Assembly: GCA_017608025.1 (NCBI GenBank) | Contig: JAFCGM010000004.1 | Coordinates: 90,744 to 154,743 of the forward strand | DNA from: Candidatus Pacearchaeota archaeon | GTDB taxonomy: Archaea; Nanobdellota; Nanobdellia; UBA10117; JABICX01 | Reading direction: 5' to 3' | Length of the DNA stretch: 64,000 nucleotides | In this document: positions 56,527-64,000 of the stretch, piece after piece | Position numbering within the stretch: position 1 is the stretch's first letter | Layout of the letters: the number at the start of each line of letters is the position of its first letter | The notes under the pieces: model-generated | What the model saw: only the letters and a program-made list of their open reading frames with translations | Database searches by the model: none | Told to the model about the DNA's origin: nothing | Made by a program: the position numbers and the translations under genes

Positions 56527-56818
56527 TTAAAAAAATTATTTTAATATAATATTTTTTTAAATATAAATTAAAACAAAAAAAAGCATTTTTTAACTGAAAT
56601 ATGCAAAAAAAATAGCAAAAATTAAATAAAAAATTAAATAAAAATTATTTTTTATTAAATTAAAACAAAAAATAAGTAAATTTAATGAAAAATCATAAAA
56701 AATACATAAAAATCATGAAAAAAAGATTTAAAAAAATTATTTTAATATAATATTTTTTTAAATATAAATTAAAGCAAAAAAAGCAAGAGATAAGTTTTTA
56801 TGTTCTGAAATATACAAA
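56527..56818 (+). repeat. Extremely AT-rich (>90% AT) intergenic region containing a ~200-bp tandem duplication. The 59-bp near-identical cores are at 56527-56585 and 56727-56785, with weaker similarity continuing about 30 bp beyond each.
   Basis: tttaaaaaaattattttaatataatatttttttaaatataaattaaa(a/g)caaaaaa(a)agca occurs twice, 200 bp apart. Confidence 0.7.
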
Positions 56819-56823
56819 TTATC

Positions 56824-57672
56824 ATGAATAAAGATGAAATAATTGATATTATTTTAGTAACAATTATTCTCGGATTTTGCTTCAGTTTTAGAAATTGGAG
56901 TGGAAATATTGTCTTTTACAAAGATGTTGCCGGCATAACAAACTTATTAATTACTTGTTTAGTAGTACTTATTGCTGTTTTAATACATGAAGCAAGTCAT
57001 TATTTTGTAGCAAAGAAATATTTTGCAGAAGTAAAAACAAAAACATGGAAAGCTTTTCTTGTTCTCGCACTCTTAAGCACATTCATAACAAATGGATATT
57101 TTGTTTTTGCAGCAGTTTGGTCAATTGCTATTATAAAAAGTCCTTTGTTTTCAATTGGAGAAAAAAGAACATTTCTTGGCCCGAGAAAACGGGCGAAAAT
57201 TGCTTTAATTGGACCTCTAATAAACTTTGCCTTAGGAATTATTGGTTTTTTGTTTTTTGTAAAAACTGGAAGCTTCTTTGCAAAAAAGCTTGTAGAAGTT
57301 AATCTTTATCTGGCAGTGTTCAATTTGTTCCCTTTTTTCAGGTTTATTTATTTAACATTTAATATCCCTATGCTTCGTGACAACAAATACAAGCAAAACT
57401 ATTGGCAGAAATATGTTCATAAAATGCTTTCAGGATTCAAAAGCACAAGAAACCCTCCAGAAGGTCATGTTACATTTAATGAAGGAGAAATGGTGTTTTT
57501 CGGCTCCAGACCATATTGGTTCTTTTTCTTTCCCTTAATTTTAACATCATCAATAATGATATTCTTGACTTCAAAAATCTTTATAAGTCTTCTAATTGGT
57601 CTTTTAATAGCTAGCATGTCTTGGCTCATTGAGCATTATTTTGTTGAAATACATGTAAAGCCAGAAACCTAA
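56824..57672 (+). CDS. Site-2-protease-like (M50 family) membrane metalloprotease homologue, possibly degenerate.
   Basis: HEASHY (HExxH) in a TM helix. The second zinc-ligand region reads NLFPFFRF rather than the canonical NxxPxxxxDG. Confidence 0.45.
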   Translation: MNKDEIIDIILVTIILGFCFSFRNWSGNIVFYKDVAGITNLLITCLVVLIAVLIHEASHYFVAKKYFAEVKTKTWKAFLVLALLSTFITNGYFVFAAVWSIAIIKSPLFSIGEKRTFLGPRKRAKIALIGPLINFALGIIGFLFFVKTGSFFAKKLVEVNLYLAVFNLFPFFRFIYLTFNIPMLRDNKYKQNYWQKYVHKMLSGFKSTRNPPEGHVTFNEGEMVFFGSRPYWFFFFPLILTSSIMIFLTSKIFISLLIGLLIASMSWLIEHYFVEIHVKPET

Positions 57673-57673
57673 A

Positions 57674-59872
57674 ATGCAATTCTTAAAGCAAAAGCTAAAT
57701 TTAAGAGTGTATCAGCAAACAATATTAAACACAGCTCTTAGCAAAAATACTCTTTGCGTAATCCCTACTGGTCTTGGAAAAACCTACATAGCAATAGCTC
57801 TAATTGGCTTAAAATTAAAAGAAAAAAAAGCAATTTTTCTTGCTCCAACTAAGCCTCTTGTAACGCAGCACTTTAACACCTTTAAGCAGTTTTTTGATTC
57901 TGAACCCGAAGAAATAATTGAAGTTTCTGGAACAGTTCCTTCAAAAAAAAGAAAAGAAATGTATAAAAAAGCAAAAATAATTTTTGCAACCCCACAAACA
58001 ATTGAAAATGACATAATTACAAAAAGAATACTTCCTGAGGAATTTTCAATAGCAATATTTGATGAAGCTCATCGCGCAGTAGGAGACTATGCATATGTTT
58101 TCCTTGCAAAGCAATTCAAAGAAAGTAGAATTCTAGCATTAACAGCTTCTCCCGGTCATGAAATTGAAAAAATAAATGAAATAAAAAATAACCTGTTTAT
58201 TCAAGAAATTGAAAAAAGAACACAAAAAGACAAAGATGTTAAAGAATATGTAAAGGAAATTAAATTTCAGTACAAAAAAGTTGAGCTTCCAAAACTTATG
58301 AAAGCAATACAAAAACACCTTAAAATGGCAATGAAAGAATATCTTGTCCAACTAAAGGAATTAGATATTATTGACTCAACCAGCTTGTCAAAATTCAGCA
58401 GAAAAAACCTTCTAAATCTTCAAACTAAACTTCGTACGCAAATAAGCACAGGAGATTTTGAAATAATGCGCGCCCTATCAATAACAGCAAGACTAATAAA
58501 AATAAATTATGCCCTTCATCTTCTTGAATCTGAATCGCTGAATGCCTTGAATGATTATTTAAAGTCAATTTGGAAAGATTCAAAAACAACAAAAACAAAA
58601 GCAGTAAAAGCTCTTGTCCAAAATTTCCATATTCGTGCAGCATACAGGCTTTCTCAAGAATGTAAAGAAAAGAAAATAGAGCACCCAAAAATGCTTGAAC
58701 TGAAAAAAACAATTAAACAGGAATTGAAAAAAAATCCCAACTCAAAAATACTAATTTTCACTGAATACCGAAGCAATGTTGAGCAAATTGTACAAGAATT
58801 ATCTGAATTTAAAATTCATCAGTTTGTTGGCCAATCCTCTTTAAAGAAAAAAGGAATGTCGCAAAAAGAGCAGATTAAAGCAATAGAAGATTTAAAAACA
58901 GGAAAAGTTAATGTTCTTGTCTGCACTTCTGTAGCTGAAGAAGGCCTTGACATTCCAAAAGTGGATTTAATTGTTCTTTATTCTCCAATTCCTTCTGCTA
59001 TTAGGTCAATACAAAGAAAAGGAAGAACTGGCAGACAGGAAGTTGGAAATCTTGTAGTCCTTTTAACAAAAGACACAAAAGATGAAACTTATCATTGGAT
59101 TTCTGTAAATCGGGAAAGGAAAATGAATCAAGTGCTTACAAACATGTCACAGTCAAAAAGCAAGCTAATAACTCTTGACTCCTTTCAAAACAAAAGCAAA
59201 GAAAAGCAAACTGTTGAAAATAGGGAAGAAATAAAAGTATATTGTGATTGCCGCGAATCAGGAATATTAAAATATCTCATAGAGCACGGCGTTACAGTTC
59301 TTCCAAAAAAACTAGAAGTTGCAGACTTCATTCTCTCTGATGATATTGCAGTTGAAAGAAAGGAAGTAGAAGATTTTACTTCTTCTTTAATTGACCAACG
59401 CCTTTTTAACCAAGCAACTGAACTAAAACGAAACTTCGAAAAACCGCTTTTTATTATTGAAGGAGACTTATCAGAAATTTTCTTTTCAAGAAACATAAAT
59501 CCTGATGCTCTCCGCTCAGCAATGATCTCTTTGCTTGTTGATTATCAAATACCTTTTTTATTCAGTTCAAACAAGCAGGAAACTGCAAAATACCTTTACC
59601 TCATAGCTAAAAGAGAACAAATTGAAAAGAAAAAATTAATTTCCTTACGCGGCTCCAAAAGATTAACTTCAATTCCAGAAATGCAGCAATTCTTTATTGA
59701 AGGTTTGCCTTTAATTGGTCCTGCTCTTACAAAAAAGCTCCTAAAGCACTTCAAAACACCAAAAGCTTTGTTAAATGCCTCAAAAGAAGAGCTTCAAAAT
59801 GTTAAAAACCTCGGCCCAAAAAAAGCAGAAAAAATCAAAATGATTCTTGAAGAAATATATGATGAAGAATGA
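57674..59872 (+). CDS. hef: Hef (helicase-associated endonuclease for fork-structured DNA; XPF/FANCM homologue).
   Basis: SF2 helicase motifs (GLGKT, DEAH), XPF nuclease ERK motif (AVERKEVEDF), C-terminal HhH2. 732 aa. Confidence 0.85.
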   Translation: MQFLKQKLNLRVYQQTILNTALSKNTLCVIPTGLGKTYIAIALIGLKLKEKKAIFLAPTKPLVTQHFNTFKQFFDSEPEEIIEVSGTVPSKKRKEMYKKAKIIFATPQTIENDIITKRILPEEFSIAIFDEAHRAVGDYAYVFLAKQFKESRILALTASPGHEIEKINEIKNNLFIQEIEKRTQKDKDVKEYVKEIKFQYKKVELPKLMKAIQKHLKMAMKEYLVQLKELDIIDSTSLSKFSRKNLLNLQTKLRTQISTGDFEIMRALSITARLIKINYALHLLESESLNALNDYLKSIWKDSKTTKTKAVKALVQNFHIRAAYRLSQECKEKKIEHPKMLELKKTIKQELKKNPNSKILIFTEYRSNVEQIVQELSEFKIHQFVGQSSLKKKGMSQKEQIKAIEDLKTGKVNVLVCTSVAEEGLDIPKVDLIVLYSPIPSAIRSIQRKGRTGRQEVGNLVVLLTKDTKDETYHWISVNRERKMNQVLTNMSQSKSKLITLDSFQNKSKEKQTVENREEIKVYCDCRESGILKYLIEHGVTVLPKKLEVADFILSDDIAVERKEVEDFTSSLIDQRLFNQATELKRNFEKPLFIIEGDLSEIFFSRNINPDALRSAMISLLVDYQIPFLFSSNKQETAKYLYLIAKREQIEKKKLISLRGSKRLTSIPEMQQFFIEGLPLIGPALTKKLLKHFKTPKALLNASKEELQNVKNLGPKKAEKIKMILEEIYDEE

Positions 59873-59955
59873 TTTGGGGATGCAAACACTTTTTCAAAGG
59901 GTTTGCTGCTGAAAAAATCAAAATGATTCTTGAAGAAGAATTTAGTGAGGAGTAA
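59825..59955 (+). mobile_element. 35-bp hairpin element (59873-59907, tttggggatGCAAACactttttcaaaggGTTTGCtgct) inserted at the Hef 3' end with a ~48-bp duplication of the gene tail (59825-59872 and 59908-59955).
   Basis: Copy 1 encodes ...AEKIKMILEEIYDEE*. Copy 2 encodes ...AEKIKMILEEEFSEE*. The first 30 bp are identical and the ends have diverged. Confidence 0.55.
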
Positions 59956-60154
59956 TTAATTGTATGCAAATTTGTTACACTGCTTTATTAAAAGGACTTT
60001 AACAATAAAATATATTCAAAGAATAATAATAAATTTTATTAATTATATAAAAGGGTTCTTATTGGAAAATAGTCAAAAAATAGACTATAATAAGCCTTAA
60101 TTTTTTATGATATTTTCAGTAAAAAACAAAATACTCAAAAGAACTGCTTTTTTC

Positions 60155-60988
60155 TTAAATTGTTTGAATAATTAAGCTTACTATAAATCCTACTAAAGAA
60201 CCAAAAGCAATTGGTGGAAGTGCTGGAAGTGCCTGCCTTTGCGACTGTTTTAATAATAAGTAAAAAATAACAATAAGACCAAAAACTGCTCCAAACACAA
60301 CAAACATAGAAGTCATTAAGCTAATTTTAAGGCAAGAAACTGCAAAAATAAGTGGAAAAACCAAATCTCCTGTTCCAAGAACAAGAACATCTCTTCCAAT
60401 ATGAATTTTTTTTGTTTTATTTAAAAAATTCTTAAAATTAAAAGGAACAATTAAAGCAAGAAAAACTCCTTTGTTTGAAAGCTGTTTAAACATTTTAACC
60501 ATATGCCTTGTCTTATAAACTGCAAAAACATCATAAATTGAAAGAACTGCAAAAAGAATTAAGACACTCCCAACTGTTAAAGACAATCCAAGCTGAGCTC
60601 CAACACCTGCAATTGCAAAAAGGATTGCTATATCGTGCATAAAAACTCTGTCAATTAAAATCCAAAGAACAATAAATAACACAGAAAAGAAAAACGAAAT
60701 CTTGTTTGAAAAGAAAATCTGCGCAGAATAATTAACTCCTGTGAAAATTAAAATAATAAATGCTATTTTAAAAATAATTCCTGTTTTAATATATTTCATT
60801 GAAAAAATAATAAATAAGGTCATTACTATAAACGCAATAATAAACCAAAAAATTGAAAGCTGTGGAAAAGAAACATACTCGCCGCTAATCATAAAATTCA
60901 GAGCAATAAAAATTCCAAAAAACTGAATTATTAAGAAAAAAATAATTTCTAAAAATAATAATTTTAGCTTCTGAATATTAAACATCAT
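60155..60988 (-). CDS. Presenilin / signal-peptide-peptidase homologue (A22 family intramembrane aspartyl protease).
   Basis: YD (SIYDVFAV), GxGD (LGTGDLVFP) and PAL (RQALPALPP) motifs in the correct order in a 9-TM protein. Confidence 0.6.
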   Translation of the reverse strand: MMFNIQKLKLLFLEIIFFLIIQFFGIFIALNFMISGEYVSFPQLSIFWFIIAFIVMTLFIIFSMKYIKTGIIFKIAFIILIFTGVNYSAQIFFSNKISFFFSVLFIVLWILIDRVFMHDIAILFAIAGVGAQLGLSLTVGSVLILFAVLSIYDVFAVYKTRHMVKMFKQLSNKGVFLALIVPFNFKNFLNKTKKIHIGRDVLVLGTGDLVFPLIFAVSCLKISLMTSMFVVFGAVFGLIVIFYLLLKQSQRQALPALPPIAFGSLVGFIVSLIIQTI

Positions 60989-61051
60989 TATTTATTTCCT
61001 TCAATGTATTATATACATTTCCTTTAATTTTTTTAATATATTTAAAAATCT

Positions 61052-62443
61052 TCAGCTGAAATCGAGAATAGAAACTTTACCTGTTTTCAAATTAAGTATT
61101 GGAACTTTTCCTGGTTCGGGGTGATGCCCGACTTTCTCTTGAAACTCTGTTTTTGCCTGCCAGCAGGAACTGCATATAGTATGAATTCCCTTGTATTTTC
61201 CAACAGCAACTTTGTGTATGTGCCCTGTTGCAAGAACATGAGGAATATTTTTTATAATCAATGGGTCTTCTTTCATCGGAAAGCAAAGAGTGGATCCATA
61301 GCAAGGAGCTAAATGTCTTCTTTTAAGCAAAAATTTCATTATTTCGTCTGCCTTATCATATCCTCCAGCAAGTCTTAAAAATTCAACTTTGTCAACAAAA
61401 TAATCAAAGCTATATCCATGATAAATCAAAACTTTTAGTCCGCAGTATTTAGGATTTTTATGAAGCTTTAAAAGGCATGGATTTGGAACAAGAAAAACAT
61501 TGCTAAATTCTGTTAAGATTTTTGCATATTTTTCTGAAAAAACCTGCGGCTCTTCAATAGTAAGTCCATCATGATTTCCTGGACAGAGAATTATTTTTTT
61601 GTCTTTTGGAATTTTTGAAATATATTCTGAAAATTTTTCAAATTGCTTTTCCAAATCTTTTATAATTAACTCATCTTCCTGACCAGGATATACTCCAACG
61701 CCATCAACAAGATCACCAATAAAAAAAATATACTTCACTTTTTCAGCAATTTTTCTCTGGTTTTCATCACCAATTTCCCCTGAAAGCCACTTAATAAATG
61801 TATTAAATTTTTTCTCAAGAAACATATTTGAACCAATATGAACATCACTTGAAAAAACAATATAAACCTCTTCGTCTGTTTTTGGAAAGGGCGTCATAGG
61901 AATATCTGGCCAAATAATATCTTTTATAAAAAAAATGTCTTTTGAAAATCTACCTTTTAAAGCAATTACTTCATCAAATGAAACATATTTTATTTTCTCC
62001 AAAACTTCTGAATTGTTTTTTGAAGCAATTGCTGTGTATTTGCCAGACAAATCCTCAATTTCTAAAATATAAGAACCAGTATTAAGTAAGTTAATGTCAA
62101 AAACCATTGCAATAATAGTAACTTCTTCTTGCATTTGCTTTGCGCGTGAAATAGATACTGCATCCTGAACTTCAGGCCGCTGCATTAAAATTCTTTTTAT
62201 CGTGTTATATCTTGCTCTGAAACTCTCAACAAAATCAGAGGATTTTATTTTCTTTGGTATAAAACTTTTTTTATTTAAAACTTCAACATTTGGCTCAAAA
62301 CTCTTATTAAGAAATTCTTTTTTATTTTTAAAAACATTAACATCATAATCACACTGCGTTAATATTTGTATATTTTGCTTATTAGGTAAAATATTTTCTT
62401 TCATTAAAATTGAAATTGCTTTCAAATCTTGTTCTGTTGCCAT
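61052..62443 (-). CDS. DNA polymerase D small (exonuclease) subunit DP1.
   Basis: Calcineurin-like phosphoesterase motifs (GDLVDG, GNHD), N-terminal OB region, 463 aa. Confidence 0.8.
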   Translation of the reverse strand: MATEQDLKAISILMKENILPNKQNIQILTQCDYDVNVFKNKKEFLNKSFEPNVEVLNKKSFIPKKIKSSDFVESFRARYNTIKRILMQRPEVQDAVSISRAKQMQEEVTIIAMVFDINLLNTGSYILEIEDLSGKYTAIASKNNSEVLEKIKYVSFDEVIALKGRFSKDIFFIKDIIWPDIPMTPFPKTDEEVYIVFSSDVHIGSNMFLEKKFNTFIKWLSGEIGDENQRKIAEKVKYIFFIGDLVDGVGVYPGQEDELIIKDLEKQFEKFSEYISKIPKDKKIILCPGNHDGLTIEEPQVFSEKYAKILTEFSNVFLVPNPCLLKLHKNPKYCGLKVLIYHGYSFDYFVDKVEFLRLAGGYDKADEIMKFLLKRRHLAPCYGSTLCFPMKEDPLIIKNIPHVLATGHIHKVAVGKYKGIHTICSSCWQAKTEFQEKVGHHPEPGKVPILNLKTGKVSILDFS

Positions 62444-62494
62444 TTTTGGAAAAGCCTGTTATTTTTCTGAAATAAAGGAATTTGCTTGAAGTTT

Positions 62495-64000
62495 TTAATT
62501 GAAAAGCAAGTCATAAAGGCTCGTCTTAACTCTGTCAATTAAATCAAAAGGAATGGAAATATAAACTTCTCTTGTTCTTCCATATCTTCCTTTTGAAATA
62601 AGTTTTGTATTAATTAATCCAAGCATTCCTAATTCAGACAGCAAATCTGAAATTCTTCTTTGAGTTAAAATTCGATTTCCTGTCTGGTCGCAAAGCTCTT
62701 TGTATTTATCAAATATTTCTCCAGTCTCTGTTATTGAACCTTCTTTTTTATTTTCAATAACTAGCAAAATTGAATATAAAACCATTTGAGATTGCTTTGG
62801 CTGAGTCTCAATTATTTCCATTATGCGATTTCTTTCAATTTTTTCTTCAGCTAAATCAATGTGCTTCTCTTCAATAACAGCATCACCATGCCTCTCAGCA
62901 AGTTCTGCAGAAACTCTTAGTAAATCCAAGGCTCTTCTTGCATCTCCGTGCTCTCTAGCTGCATATGCAGCGCATTTTGCAAGCACAGATGTTGAAACAA
63001 CTCCTTTTTTAAAAGCATCTTTTGACCTTTCAAGCAAAATATCTTTTATTTCAAGAGCATTGTATGGTGGAAAAACAAGCTCTTCTTCTCCTAAAGAAGA
63101 CTTAACTCTTGGATCTAAATCCTCAACAAAACGAACATCATTTGAAATTCCAATTATTGAAACTTGTGAATTTTTAAGTTCAGCATTTATTCTTGTTAAA
63201 GTATAAAGAATCTCATCTCCTGCTTTCTTAACAAGTCTGTCAACTTCATCTAATACTAAAATAACAATTTGATTTTCAATATCAAGTTTTTTAAGGAAAA
63301 TATTGTAAACTTCGTCTGTTGGAAGGCCAGTCATTGGAACTTCCTCTCCAATTTCTCTTGCTAATTGAGCAATAACTCGATATTCCGTATCTGCAACTTT
63401 TTTCAATTTACAATTAATATAAATTATTTTCAAAGAAAGATTTCTTTTTAAAGATATTTTTTTTAATTTACTTAAAACATGTTGAACACATAAAGTCTTT
63501 CCCGTACCTGTTTTACCATATATAAATAAATTTGAAGGTTGCTCTTCTCGTAATGCTGGAGCTAAAATTGAAGCTAATTGTTTTATTTGTGTATTTCTAT
63601 GAGGAATTGTGTTTGGTAAATATCGAATCCGTAAAACATCTTTATTTTGAAAAATTGATTCTTTGCTTAAATAATCAGAAAAAAATTCATCTAATTCAGA
63701 CTCTGCTCCATTATCTTCCAAATCAATTTCATTAACTCTTTTCTCTTCTTCAGCTAATATTGTTTTTTGCTTTTCAAAATTATCTATATTAAAAAGAAAA
63801 ACCAACTCTTCATCATCAACAAAACAAATATTATTATAAAAATAAGAAAAATTCTTTTTTTCTATAGTAATTTCTTTATTAATTTGAATATATTTTTCTC
63901 TATCTTTAATTTCTTCAATATCTATTTTTTTTCGTTCTTCATTCAAAAATGAAGTTAAAAAAGAATCTTTAACCATATTGCTTCCACTGGAAAAATTCAT
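62495..64000 (-). CDS. orc1: Orc1/Cdc6 replication initiator with a ~110-aa acidic N-terminal extension. Its start is at or beyond the window edge.
   Basis: AAA+ Walker A GKTGTGKT, Walker B LVLDEVD, C-terminal winged helix. Confidence 0.85.
   Translation of the reverse strand: MNFSSGSNMVKDSFLTSFLNEERKKIDIEEIKDREKYIQINKEITIEKKNFSYFYNNICFVDDEELVFLFNIDNFEKQKTILAEEEKRVNEIDLEDNGAESELDEFFSDYLSKESIFQNKDVLRIRYLPNTIPHRNTQIKQLASILAPALREEQPSNLFIYGKTGTGKTLCVQHVLSKLKKISLKRNLSLKIIYINCKLKKVADTEYRVIAQLAREIGEEVPMTGLPTDEVYNIFLKKLDIENQIVILVLDEVDRLVKKAGDEILYTLTRINAELKNSQVSIIGISNDVRFVEDLDPRVKSSLGEEELVFPPYNALEIKDILLERSKDAFKKGVVSTSVLAKCAAYAAREHGDARRALDLLRVSAELAERHGDAVIEEKHIDLAEEKIERNRIMEIIETQPKQSQMVLYSILLVIENKKEGSITETGEIFDKYKELCDQTGNRILTQRRISDLLSELGMLGLINTKLISKGRYGRTREVYISIPFDLIDRVKTSLYDLLFN

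Noticed and set aside
56515-56823. Replication origin call as a feature.
   Set aside because: No ORB/mini-ORB dyads are recognisable and orc1 is 6 kb away on the other side of four genes. Kept only as a low-interest finding.
1-64000. Autonomous mobile element (IS, transposon, integrated virus or plasmid) explaining the terminal duplications.
   Set aside because: No ORF in the window has transposase, integrase, Rep or capsid signatures. All inserts are 35-250 bp and non-coding. Only non-autonomous elements are called.

Overview
This is an AT-rich (~30% GC), densely coding stretch of an archaeal chromosome, most consistent with a small-genome DPANN-type archaeon. Archaeal hallmarks are AglB/STT3 with a WWDYG motif, the PolD small subunit, Orc1/Cdc6, Hef, Hel308, RadA plus RadB, LonB and a FlaI-type ATPase. 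No transposase or integrase gene and no CRISPR array are present. Gene content in order:
(1) A partial large cysteine-rich secreted protein, followed by a compact archaeal type IV pilus operon: five pilin-like genes with class III signal peptides, a FlaI/TadA ATPase, and two separate TadB/TadC-like platform proteins.
(2) Hel308, TrmI, SecF-SecD, an initiator tRNA-Met, RNase HII, AspRS, a KaiC-like ATPase, and two tandem SpoIIM-like paralogues.
(3) A ~17 kb N-glycosylation island: AglB, a WecA/AglH-like phosphosugar transferase, several GT2/GT4/GT-C glycosyltransferases, two flippases, and a GDP-heptose module (GmhA, HddA-like GHMP kinase, HddC-like nucleotidyltransferase, GDP-sugar 4,6-dehydratase).
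(4) Replication and repair genes: RPA, RadA, RadB, TopA, Hef, PolD small subunit, Orc1/Cdc6. Also a prepilin peptidase, CysRS with an adjacent tRNA-Cys, SerRS, RtcA, and a protease-rich block (LonB, TraB-family, S2P-like, presenilin/SPP homologue).
The most striking unexplained signal is a pervasive, modular family of short (35-250 bp), relatively GC-rich, hairpin-forming intergenic elements. They sit exactly at gene or tRNA termini and are flanked by 17-52 bp direct duplications of the adjacent gene end, often nested or in tandem. In one case this rewrites the C-terminus of Hef. Other unexplained signals are tandem 60-90 bp repeats, a recent gene-conversion tract between the SpoIIM paralogues, a 56-aa AbrB-like ORF missed by the ORF track, and a ~300 bp extremely AT-rich duplicated region.
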